Below are positions 48,227-60,672 of a DNA stretch of 64,000 nucleotides, in pieces. The DNA is from Azolla caroliniana (lineage: Eukaryota > Plantae > Polypodiophyta), in contig JBHGNT010000021.1 in NCBI GenBank assembly GCA_043228905.1, positions 8,122,001 through 8,186,000 on the forward strand, in the 5' to 3' direction. The notes under the pieces are model-generated. The model searched no databases, was not told where the DNA came from, and was given only the letters and a program-made list of their open reading frames with translations. The position numbers and the translations under genes were made by a program. The stretch's first letter is position 1. Each line of letters opens with the position of its first letter.

Positions 48227-50730
48227 AGTATTATCTATCGACACATTGCCTTTCAACAATCATATTATTTTCAACCATCAAGATTTGGAAAGAGATTTGT
48301 AGAGACATTGGGGCAAATTTGTTAACTCAACATCAATCTTAGCACTCAAGATTTGAACCCACAAGCTTTAGATGACAACAATATCACCTTTTGTACTTTA
48401 AAAGTGCAAGACATTTAATTGGAAGAGCATGTGCATATATAAACACTTGTAATTTTCTTGATCAGAATTCACATGGGGATGTCTAGGATCTCTTATATGA
48501 TGACAAAGGTGAGGCTTCCTAGTGTGCTTTTATTTAGCATGTAGTGATCATCTTGTTACACTTTAAATGACATGGTGGATTCATATCTTATACTTATCTT
48601 ACATATTCTTCGTAGACTCTATTGATTCAATTCTTGTTCTTATATCCTAAACAAATTAGAACAACTACTAGATGATTAGTTAATTGAAATAATTAATGCT
48701 AACTTTACTAATGTTGTTGAAGAGCATAGTGATGTAAACATAATTCTGGTCATATCCTAGTCATCATCTCTTGAAAGTATGTCTCATATGTTTCCTATTG
48801 CATGGACAAGGTGCCTCTACCTTCTCCATCTCAGATTAAGCTTTTTGGAGGTGATGCCTACCAAAAGGTTATGAAAGTCCCAACATTCTTGTCTCATCCC
48901 TAATTGTCTTCCTAAGTGATGCACATTACATGAGAATTGATAGTGGTTCAAAATGAACTGAAGGAAAACAAAATTGCAACTTAATGTCTTACCCAAGTTG
49001 GCTTAGTGTAAAGCATCAATGGTGATTCTGTGTAGTGGAATAGGTTAGAGATGTGTGTTGTGTGTGTGTGTGTTTGAGAAGAGGAGAAGAGAGAGACAAG
49101 ATAGATAGTATAGAAAATAGAATACTCAAGAAGATGTATATTACAAAGGAGATTAACCGAAACATTACAAAGTAGGAGGAGGGTGCTTTATATAGTCACC
49201 CTCTCTCTTCATTATCTACCGAAGCTCATCGGTCATGGGGAATGTGGAAACTCATTAGTTATGTGTCATAGATATGATTCTATGACACAGTTAATGTTAC
49301 AAAAGTAGTGGTAAAATTTAACTTTTGAGTGTTCATACACTCTCAAGGTGTGTTCACACACTAGACTAGGTTGAACTTGATTCTCAACACGCCCCCTCAA
49401 GCTCAACTTGGATCGGCTTCTTTCGATTGATGTTCGCTTCAGCTAGTACCCAGTTTGTGTGCGGAATAGTGCTCAGCCACAACCGAGTCTTAAACACTCT
49501 ATGGAAGAAACAAAACAGAAATGAAGATTAATGCACTTTCACAAAATGAGACGACACCAGATGTTAACATGAAAAACCCTAATCAGGAAAAACCACGGGA
49601 GCCCACAGACTCCAACTATCATTATGAGAGGAAGGGTATAATTAGAGACTTAGAGACAACAACCTCGAGTTCTATTTTCGCCTACCAACGGTTACAACAG
49701 AAAGCTTTCTGTATCTCTTTGTCCCTCCCTGTCTCTCTCTGTACAACAAGAATAACTACACTATTGAACATTGTTGCCCTAGTTATATTTATACTTATAT
49801 AACTTTAGGGCTATTTATAGATATGACCTGAAACAGTCACATGGGAACATATACATAAACTAATGTCTAACTGCATACCAAAACCGGATCCATCCAATCC
49901 AGTTTCCGGATATCTTCTGGATCCATCTGGTCTGGTTCTTTCCTTCAACTCGTCCAATCCAGCTTGTCAGATTCTCATCTAGATCCCATCCAGAGGGACC
50001 AAATTCCCAACAAACTCCCCTTCACTCCAGCATGGGATGTCTTGTCAATCCGATCCGTTTCCTGCACACGTTCAACTTCTCTGCGGACAACACCTTGGTC
50101 AGCATGTCCGACCCGTTCTCCTCTCTGTGGATCTTCGTCAGCGAAAACTCTTTATCTTCTACTTTCTCCCGGAGCCAGTGGTACCTTCTCTAGATATGCT
50201 TGGTTCAAGAATGGTAGGCCATATTCTTCGCGAGGTGGATGTCACTTTGATTGTCCCAGTAGAGCCGGAATTCCTCCTGTCGGATTCCTAGCTCTCCAAT
50301 GAAGTCCGTCATCCAGATTACCTCTTTGCCGGCTTCCACGACTGCCATATACTCCGCTTCCGTTATGGATAGTGCAACAGACTTCTGCAGCCTCGATTGC
50401 CACGATACGACTCACCCTGCATAGGTCATGATGTATCCAGAAGTGGAACGACTGGTATCCACATCACCCGACATATCAGAATCCGTGAAGCCTTCCAATT
50501 AGGATTTACTAGAGCCGAATCGGAGGCACATGCTCGAGGTGCCTTTCAAGTATGACAATATCCACTTGAAGACAACCCAATGCTCCTTTCCCGGATTGCT
50601 CATAAACTACTTCTTTGTCTGGTCCCGGATTATGTGCATCCCTAGGATTTGTCTCGCCGGACCCATATCTTTCATTGAGAAGGATCGGATGAGGGCCTTT
50701 TTTAGCATTCCGATTTTGATACGGTCTCGT

Positions 50731-53082
50731 TGTTAAGGGAGGGAGAGAGATAGAGGGAGAGAGAAACAATGACAAAGAAAATGAGAGGGAAAAACCTATA
50801 TCCATTACAGGCCCCATAAGGGGTTTATATAGTACATGAGGTAACCGTTACAAAAGAATGAGATAAGCAGGAAGTTACATTACTGACCCACTCTCTCACT
50901 TTTGTACACATGCACACAAATGTGCCTGTGTTAATGCACATACTCATCCTCACACACTCATACACATTACACATACACATAAACCACATGTTCATGTTCC
51001 ACCCCTTATGCATCCCCGTATATTCTTATGGGTAACACATGGCACGCCTGTGGGACAGTGCATTGCACGGTGAACCCACTCGCCATGGCAACTCTTCTCG
51101 ACTGGAACTTCGTCGGTCGTCTCAACGGTCGGAAATGCCTCGACCGAATAATTGCTCTACAATCGATAACTTTGATCGGAGCTTTGCTTGACTCGAACCT
51201 TCTCATTCGGTCAACACATTTTGCGATTGGATCATACACCAATCAACTAGTTCACTGTGGCAAGGGTCGTGAAATCTTTGAATGTATGTGTAATTTTTGT
51301 TTCGTCATATAAAGCGAGTATTCCATTTTGTACCCTTTAAAATTTTTACCATATGCCCTCTTTTGCCCACTAATTTTTGAAATTTTGTCTGATACCCTTG
51401 AGCTTTTGAAATTTTGCATTTTGCCCTCCGATTCTTGAAATTCCACACTATACCCCTCTATTGTCAAAACTTTGTTTCAGCCCCTTTCGATTCTCTCTGT
51501 CATGCCGCCGGTTCTGTTGGATGGTTGTTCCGTCTAGTCGTCTTTGTGCGTCGGTCAACTTCTACCGGCCATCTCTATCTACCGGCTGTCACCGTTCGCC
51601 GGCTGTCAGACCTCTGTCCTTTGGGGTCTTTCGGCTGCCCTTTGGGGTCGGTTGTCCTTCGGCCGTCGACCGCTTTAGGGTTTGCACTTAGGACTTTCTT
51701 CACATTATCACAACAGTCCTCCACCTCTATAATGCTCTTGCATCAGAATGGGCATCAATCTTGTACTCATCTTTGAACTTTTGACAGAGATGATCAAATA
51801 GAAATTCATCACCGTCCCTTCCACTTAGGGACCAGTCAAAAGCATGAGTCAACACTTTCAATTGGCCTTTCTTAAAAGAAACCACGCATACTTGCATAAC
51901 AACGTGTCTGATTTCTATAAAAATAACGTTGATGGGATGACTGTTGTAGAGCAAGGGATTAGAGCTTCACAATGGAACACAAAGGGGAGGCTAGCTAAGG
52001 TTTGACAATACCACAAGGGGATCAAGAAAGGGATGGAAGATCGTGGATTAGAGGTTTTGTCACAAAAGGAAAACGTAAGAGAAGGATCTAACTATGTGTC
52101 TAGCTTTTAGGATTAGGGTTTTCTGCAGTACTAAATGATGAATGAGGAAGGGTAAAGGGGGGTGGGGGAGGCAAAGAGTTGGGATGGAAGCGATGGAGTG
52201 GGGAGTGATGGTAGATGCCATACCCTTGAAGAGCTTGAGATTAAAAAACGTTCAGGTCCATCTTTCTACCAAAGGTCTAAAGCATCTTCTTTCTGGGATC
52301 TTGCAACAACTTGTAGAGACATAGTTGGGAGGCCTAACTCTCTACATATTTTTCCATGTCGTCTCTAGAACAAGAACCAACATGGAGCTCAGATCTTCTT
52401 CTTGCTTCCTAAACATGCTTTCTCTTAGCTTCCTCGATCTCTTTAGCTTTCTTTAGCGTACACTTCCTTACTTGCTTGAGTTGTCTGTTTCTCAACACAC
52501 ACACAAACATAGAGACGCAAAGACTGAGGGACAGATAAACTTCTTCTGAAAGGAGGGTCGGCCGTTCAGGCATGCCAGTGTTATGGGTGGGGGGTGAAGC
52601 CTAGAATGGCTCCACCCCACCTCCCAAGGGGGTTACGTGTGAGGGAAAGAGATAGAGGGAAAGAGAAACAATGACAAAGAAAATGAGAGGAAAAAATCTA
52701 TATCCATTACATGCCCCATAAGGGGTTTATATAGTACATGAGGTAACCGTTACAAAAGAATGAGACAAGCAGGGGTTACGTGTGAGGGGGAGAGATAGAG
52801 GGAAAGAGAAACAATGATAAAGAAAACGAGAGGAAAAAATCTATATCCATTACATGCCCCATAAGGGTTTTATATAGTACATGAGGTAACCATTACAAAA
52901 GAATGAGACAAGTAGGGAGTTACATTGCTTACCCACTCTCTCACTTTTGTACACGTGCACACAAATGTGCATGTGTTAATGCATATACTCATCCTCACAC
53001 AATCATACACATTACACATACACATCAACCACATTATCATGTTCCACCCCTTATGCATCCCTGTATATTCTTACGGGTAACA
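50731..53082 (+). mobile_element. Non-autonomous LTR element F (TRIM/LARD-like)
   Basis: TGTTA...TAACA termini, TSD CTCGT, LTRs 50731-51037 and ~52579-53082, PBS TGGCACGCCTGTGGGAC (tRNA-Arg-like) at 51040, no recognisable gag/pol. Confidence 0.88.
51672..51954 (-). pseudogene. Captured fragment of an HSP110/HSP70-14-15-like gene (ATPase domain)
   Basis: INVIFIEIRHVVMQVCVVSFKKGQLKVLTHAFDWSLSGRDGDEFLFDH..KFKDEYKID..ARAL*..KKVLSANP matches plant HSP110 from recall; contains a stop and a frameshift. Confidence 0.88.
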
Positions 53083-53744
53083 CTCGTCCGACGATCAATA
53101 TGTCATCCACATACAATAGTAATATCAGGAAGTCACCCCCGTCGAATCTCTTCACGAACACGTAGTGGTTGGCCTGCATCTTGTGGTATCCTTGGTCGGT
53201 CATGGAGTCAAACTTCCGGTACCATTGACGGGGAGCTTGCTTCAGTCTGTATAAGCTCTTCTTCAACCAGCACACTAGGTGCTCCATCCCTTTCTTGACG
53301 AATCCTTCCGGTTGCTGCATGTAGATCTCCTCCTCCAAGTCTCCATAATGGAACGTCGTATTCACATCTAGCTGTTTGACCTCGAGGTTCATGCTTGCTA
53401 CTATGCTCAACACAGTCCGGATGGATGTCATCTTTACTACCGTGGGAAAGATCTCATTGAAATCCACTCCTTTCTTCTTTTGAAACCCCTTCGCCACGAT
53501 CCGGGCTTTGTACCTTGGTGGATTTCTAGCGTCTCCCAGTTTTAGCTTGTACACCCACTTGTTCCGGAGTGCTCTCTTTCCTTTTGACAACTCCATCAAT
53601 TCATATGTGTGGTTCTCATGTAATCCATCTCATCTTGCATGACACTTAACCAGTTGCAATTGTGTGTGTCTTTCTTTGCTTCTTCGAAGCTTTCCGGCTC
53701 CCCCTCATTGGTCAACAATATTCGCTCTTCATCTAGAAATCTCT

Positions 53745-54400
53745 GATCCAAAAGACGCATAAAAGCAAAATTTTGTGTTCCGGTTGGATGCAAGATATAG
53801 AAAAATGGTTTGGTAGATGGGATGCGAGACACTTGCTTCATGATGCATCATTAGATTCCTCTATAAATGAGGCCCTTTTGCAACACCAATGTATCATGAC
53901 ATGGGACAGATGTGGAGGCGGACACTTCACACATTATACTATACATGTTGCACCTAACTACAAAACCATATTCTTTGCAGAACGGGGTAATCGTACACAT
54001 CGATACATGTTAGAGCCCATACTGTTATCTGCCATTCGAACCATTGCTTCCATGCGACTAAGCTCACATGCATTGCGATGTGAGACAGGGCGTTGGGGCA
54101 CAAGTGATGAGAGTGGTTGGCTATGCACACTTTGCCCTAAACAATTTCGCGAGTCTGAGCATCACACTTTGATACAATGCTCTGCCTTTGATCATATTCG
54201 ACCATGCTTTCCACATCTCTTCGGCTGAGTCCATTCCTTGCATGAATTCCTCTCACAACCACAATGTGCACTCTCGATTGCAACATTCATTGGTAAAGTT
54301 CTTGAACATCGAGAGTCACTACTCACTTTCACACGTATCACGTGAAATGTAATATTTTTGGTCTCATAGGTCATATTTGACGTCTAGAGACGATAATATA

Positions 54401-54432
<32 letters not shown>
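53745..54432 (+). mobile_element. LINE-c 3' fragment (RTE-X-like) with (TCTA)n tail
   Basis: MRLSSHALRCETGRW..CTLC..ESEHHTLIQC; 3' stem-loop 54361-54391; interrupts D. Confidence 0.85.
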
Positions 54433-54944
54433 CTCTTAGAGGGCATCTCCATTTTTTTTCTTCGACCATCGGCACCTCCGTCTAATCTTCATTCGTATCC
54501 GATTCGGGGTCTGGTTTGGTTCCAATGTCCGATTCTTCTTCGGTCGGTTCGGTTCTTTGTGTGAATCCGATCGGTTCATCCTGGTCTTCGGTTGACATCT
54601 GGCTTCCGACCGGATTTGTCCTTGCATCTTCTAACCGATCTTTCTTGGTCGATCCAAAGTTTGTTATCTTCTTCTCCGAATCCCAATCGGCAATAGTCTT
54701 GTCTTCCACGAAGACTATGTCTCGACTCCGGAAGACCTTCTTGTCGACCAAGTCCCACACTCAGTAGCCAAACTCATCATCGCCGTATCCAAGGAATATG
54801 CATGGCCAGGAATTCGGATCCAATTTCTCTCTCTTGTCCTTTGTAACATGCACGTAAGCGAGAAAGCCGAATACCTTAAGATGCCGGTAAGACACATATT
54901 TACTGGTCCATAATCTCTGTGGTGTGTCTCCGTCCAAGTGTGCT

Positions 54945-57900
54945 TGTCAGGAATAGTACTAAAGCAGAGATGGAATTAGTACTAAGAAGAGCAGTACTAT
55001 TAGTTCTAAGAGGACAGGACTGCGTAAGATTCCCGAGAGAGGAGAAGTGAGAAGAGGAGAGAGAGAGAAAGATGATGACAACAGCTAATATATTATGTGA
55101 AAAAGATAAGTACAAGCGGCTAAGAGGCTTAAGACTAGTGTTGAACCAATTTGGTTCAACATAATGCCTAGTGCCTTCTTTTATAGTGTTGTCAGGAGTA
55201 ATCCTGAAACTTCTAGAATGTTCCAGAGAAATCTGGAATATACATTACTTTCTTATAATAAAACATAAATGAAAATAATATCCTATGAATTACAATAGAT
55301 GGTGTGATGGTTAAGAGCTCGACCCATATACCATAAGGTCATGGGTTCGAGTCTTGCCATATCATGACACTATCTCCCCCTTAGATGACGAGTGGAACGA
55401 GTCGGCGCTGATTGCGGACCGGGTTTGTCCAGATACTTTCGGTGGAAATCAGCAAGTAGATCCTGAGCATTGGCAACATGCTCGACGGGTTCCCAAGTGC
55501 GTTCGCTCGGACTATAACCAAGCCAATCGACTAAATAATAAAGTTTGTTGTGAATAAGTTTGGAATCGAGGATGGCAGCAACTTCATACTCCGGGCCGGC
55601 GTCCAACTCCAGTGGGGGCGGCGGTGGTGTGACACGATCGGGAATGGTGTTTGCTTTTTATAAGGTTCAAGAAGAGAACAATGGAAAACCGGATGTATCT
55701 AAAGCTACGGAGGGAGATCAAGGCGGAACGTGACATGATTAGCCTTACCCGTAATACGGAAAGGACCGAGTCGTCGATAATCCAACTTGTTGCGCGGTCG
55801 AGTAGTCTTGATGTGACGACGTAAGAGCCATACTCGATCTCCGATGGCAAAAGAGGAGGGAAGCCGATGACGATCCGCGTAGGTCTTCTGTGTCTGTTGA
55901 GCATGACGAAGATGAGTCGAGAGATCTGTCTGGATCTTGCGTAGTCTCTCCAAATGATCCCCGACACGAGGATTGGTAGGTAGCTCCGGGGTGTCGATCA
56001 CCGACCAGCGAGGATGAGAACCGGTATAAGCGTAGAATGGGGAGACTCGAGTCGAGGAGTGAACAACATTATTATACGCAAACTCCGCAAAGTGGAGAAT
56101 CTCGGCCCAATCGTCCTGTTGATAACTCAGGCAACACTGGAGATATTGCTCCAGCGTTTGGTCTGTTCGTTCTGCCTACCCATCGGTCTGAGGATGTTAG
56201 CCGGAGGAGAGGTTGCAAGAGACCTTGAGCAACTTGAAGAGATGCTGCCAAAATTTGGAGACAAATTGCGGTCCTCGGTCACTGATGATACTGTCTGGGA
56301 GGCCATGATGCCGAAATACCTCACGCATGACTAGGGCGGCGGTTTCCTCGCTAGTGATGGCCTTAGTACACGGAACAAAATGTGCCATCTTCGTATATCG
56401 ATCGACGACGGTTAAGATAGCATCGAACCCCTGCGAGACCGGCAGACTGTGATAAAATCAAGACAAATAGACTGCCACGGCTTACTTGGAATCGGTAAGG
56501 GTTCCAACAAGCCATATGGATGGTGTCGTGGCATCTTTGCTCGGCAGCAAGCATCACAGGTCCGAACGTAGTCGTCGACAAAACGGCGCATGTGGGGCCA
56601 CCAAAAAGATCCCTGCACTAACTCCAATGTCTTAGTACTACCGAAATGTCCCGCCGTATGGGTGTCGTGACAATGTTGGACGATTTGAAGGCGACAGGAG
56701 CAATCGGGGACATATACGCGCTTTTTAAAGAATAACAAACCATCATGATATTCGAATTGTCGGTAGTCAATACCTGGTTGTTGAGACTGAGAACAGGATG
56801 CCCGAGAAGTATCAATGTGCGCCAGGATGTCTTGAGCAAAACTATCCGTCTTCAAGTTTGCACGTATGTCATCGGTAATCCGTGAATCCATCGGGGTGTG
56901 AAAAATCCGCGTCGTGTGCAATCGTGTTGGTCCCAAGATTACTTGCTTTTGATTATCAAATGTTGGATCACTAGGATGAGGTGCAAGATATGAACGTCGT
57001 GATAGTGCATCTGCTTTTCCTTGCTGCTTCCCAGGTCGATATGTGATTTTGAAGTCGAAACACGTGAGGAATTGCGCCCACCGAGCTTGCCGTCGATTTA
57101 GTACGCGAGCGTTCTGGAAATAAGCAAGATTTTTATGATCACTAAAGACAATGACCTGATGTGGAGAGCCCTCTAAGAAATGCCGCCATTGCACAAATGA
57201 ATCCATGATGGCTAATAACTCCTTGTCATGTATTTCATAGTTGATTTCCGCGACATCGAATTTGCTGGAGTGGAAAGCCACCGGATGCAACTCTTCTTTA
57301 TCTCCTTGTTGAGAAAGGATGCTACCGAGGGCGAAATCTGAAGCGTCGGCCTCCATGATGAATGGTTTGCTGGTATCCACATGAGCTAGAATCGGTGTTG
57401 ATGTAAAGGCTTTCTTAAGATGTCGAAAAGCCATATCTGCTTCAATAGACCAAAGAAATGCTTGGCCCTTCTTCGTAAGTTGTGTGAGGGGTAAAATAAT
57501 CTTCGAGTAATCCTGTATAAACTTACGGTAGAAGTTAGCAAAACCTAGAAAACATTGTACATCTCGTACTGACCGTGGAATTTGCCATTCTAGTACAGTT
57601 TGGACTTTAGCTGGATCCATGGCGATGCCCTTTGAGGAGATGACGTAGCCTAGAAATTCCACTTCCTTGCAGTCAAAGCTACATTTTTCTAGCTTGGCAT
57701 AAAGACCATTCTCGCGGAGTCACTTTAGTACTAATAGTACATGAGAATCGTGCTCTTGCTGGGTCTTCGAATAAAACAATAGATCATCCAGATAGATGAT
57801 CAAACAGATATCCAAGAGGTCTCTGAATATATCATTTGCCATGTGTTGGAAGACTGCGGGTGCATTGGTTTGGCCGAACGGCATAACAGTATACTCGAAA

Positions 57901-60672
57901 TACCCATACCGCGTGCGAAAGGCGGTCTTCCATTCATCTCCCGGTCGGATCCGCACGAGGTTATACGCTCCTCGCAGATCAATTTTGGTAAAAAGCTTGG
58001 CACCATTAACTCGCTCTAAAAGACTTGATATAAGAGGAAGTGCATACCTATTCCGGATGGTGACCTTATTCAATCCGCGGTAATCAATGACGAGACGAAG
58101 TGAGCCATCTTTCTTCTTGACAAAGAAGATGGGTGCACCGGCCGGAGATTTCGAATGACGGATGAACCCGCTTGCCAAGTTCTCCTCTATGTAGGCTCGA
58201 AGGACTTCTAACTCAGTGGGTGACAAGTTGTAAATTGGTCCCCATGGTGGCTTGGTTCCTGGTTGTAAATCGACGGGACAGTCATAGGGACGGTGATGAG
58301 GAAGGGTACCGGCTTTTACCTTGTCAAATACATCGGCATAAGGATGATATTTTGCCGGAAGTTGTACTGAGGAGTCCTTCTTAATAGTGATGGAAGGATG
58401 TACTGATATTGCAAATAGGAACATTGCCTCCTTGTGTCCTTCTTCGCGTAATTGATGGAGTGAAATGGTCGAAACTCGGTGAGTAGATTCTTGGGGTGGT
58501 CGATATCGGACTTCTCTTGTTCTCCAATCTATGGCTAGATTATGTAATTCAAACCAAGGTAATCCTAGGACAATGGGATGCTCTGGACTACTAATTATAT
58601 TAAATGATATTACACACACAAAACTACCTAGGACAACTTGAATGGGTTCTGATTCTTCTACAATATTCCCGGAAGCAATGGGACGACCATCAATGACTAC
58701 TACAGCGTAAAAACTGGGTTTTCAATGCCTCGAACGTGGCGAAGCTGCCTGGTAAGTGCTTGTCGTGCCACCGGGCCGCCGGTCCTTCTAATGTCATGCC
58801 GAATTCGGCGACTTTGGATCGGTCGGCCTCGGGCTCCGTCAGTCTCTGGGACACGTGGTTGGCTTCCCATGTTCGCAGGAATGCATACACATGTGCCTCT
58901 CCGTCGGGCTCATCCCGATACTTTGGGTACGGATACGGCATCGTGTCGTCCCACTGATTCTCCTGCGCTGGTTCCTCCGATGTCGGTCTCCGCTCCTGCG
59001 GTTCCTCCGCAGGTGGTGTTGGTATCCGCTCCTCCCTCCTCGGCGATTGCCGGTCACCGAACTCCAGAGTTATTTCCTCCTCTGGCTCCGATGTTGCTGA
59101 GCGATCCGACTCAAAGGGGTTGTTCTCGTGGCTGCTTTTATAGCGGGATCCCACGCTTTCCCCGCTATCCGAATCCGCCTCTAATGTTGCAAATGCCGTT
59201 GCGTCCCCGTCGCCGCCAGCGAGAGTCTGTAGTAGTGTCTCCGCTTCTTGGAGGCTGGTTATGCTACTGCCTTCGTCGGAAGCTTGTAGAACCTGGAACT
59301 GCAGTGCGTCTTCTGCGATTTGCCGAAGCGTTTTTGAGAATGACCGATCGCGCCGGATCTCGTCGACGGCTTGCTGCAGGGCTTCCCGTCGTCGCTGCCG
59401 TTCGGCGTGGCGTCTCCCTCTTTCGGTGATGTGGTCGTTATTTTGTCTAGACATCCATCCCCCGGTTGTCCTCTGCACTCTGCAGGAATCGTGGTCGCCA
59501 AAATAGTGTTGTATGTATGGCTGGACTAGCCGCAACACAGGTGTCTATCCGACACTTCTCCAAAGGGGTGGTAGGGATAGGATGTTAATACACGCGTATG
59601 ATAATTACACTTAAGCACAGACGAAGACAAGATTAATCAGCATAAGCAAAACTATATTAATTCTTCGCCCCTTCATTACAAAACATCGGATCCTTTTATA
59701 GGCATCCGGCCAGATTACAATCGGTGCTCGGTAAGCAACCGTTAACCGAAACCAAATCGGTTCGGATCCGGATCGGTTACAACTACCGGATCCGTCCCTC
59801 CTAATAATTCTATACCTATTTCTATATTTATCCGATCCGACCTTGCTTTCCCATTTGCCTTCTCTGACCGGCCAACAATTAAGGAATCCCCGGAATTGCG
59901 ATCGCGTTCCATCAAATTTCACAGGAAGTCCAAGCTTGGGCTCTTTATGAAATCCTTGGGGACTTGATCCTTGTTGTTGCAATGCTGCTTCAAGTTGTTG
60001 TACCCGTAACGCTAACTCCCCATGTTGTTGTTGCGTTTGTTGTTTTTCGAGAGCGATTTGTTGCAAATCCCCTATCAACCGTTGGTTTTCTTGTTCCAGG
60101 GCAACAAACTTTTCTTTTAGGCACTGTAACTCGGAGAAAACGGATTGATATTCTTGGGTGCTAACAATAGCCATAGTAGAGGGAAAAGGGTAGGAGGATG
60201 AGGGAGAACGACAAGTAGGCTGGAGGAAAGAAGAAATTGGTTCAAACTGTCAGGAATAGTACTAAAGCAGAGATGGAATTAGTACTAAGAAGAGCAGTAC
60301 TATTAGTACTAAGAGGACGGGACTGCGTAAGATTCCCGAGAGAGAGGAAGTGAGAAGAGGAGAGAGAGAGAAAGATGATGGCAACAGCTAATATATTATG
60401 TGAAAAAGATAAGTACAAGCGGCTAAGAGGCTTAAGACTAGTGTTGAACCAATTTGGTTCAACATAATGCCTAGTGCCTTCTTTTATAGTGTTGTCAGGA
60501 GTAATCCTGAAACTTCTAGAATGTTCCAGAGAAATCTGGAATATACATTACTTTCTTATAATAAAACATAAATGAAAATAATATCCTATGAATTACAATA
60601 GATGGTGTGATGGTTAAGAGCTCGACCCATATACCATAAGGTCATTGGTTCGAGTCTTGCCATATCATGACA
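54945..60672 (-). mobile_element. Tcn1-like chromovirus I (degenerate, internally deleted)
   Basis: 425-bp LTRs 54945-55369 and 60248-60672 (~6 mismatches), TSD GTGCT/GTGTT, gag start at 60174, fragmented pol 55363-58702 with chromodomain. Confidence 0.93.
58703..59877 (-). mobile_element. Truncated gypsy J (5' LTR 59507-59877, PBS TGGCGACCAC, gag N-terminus) inserted in the gag of I
   Basis: TG..CA LTR, tRNA-Arg-like PBS, gag-like FGMTLEGPAARW..TFEALKTQFL, joined directly to the protease of I. Confidence 0.78.

Noticed and set aside
49451-49457. TSD for copia D
   Set aside because: The flanks (GTTTG versus ATTCA) do not match, so no TSD is claimed.
55298-55363. Functional tRNA gene in the LTR
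   Set aside because: A/B boxes are present but there is no proper anticodon stem or cloverleaf; reported as a tRNA-like module instead.
59750-59763. AACCAAATCGGTTC in the J LTR, identical to the self-primer region of G
   Set aside because: Wrong orientation and position relative to the J TATA box, and J has a tRNA-type PBS; treated as coincidence.
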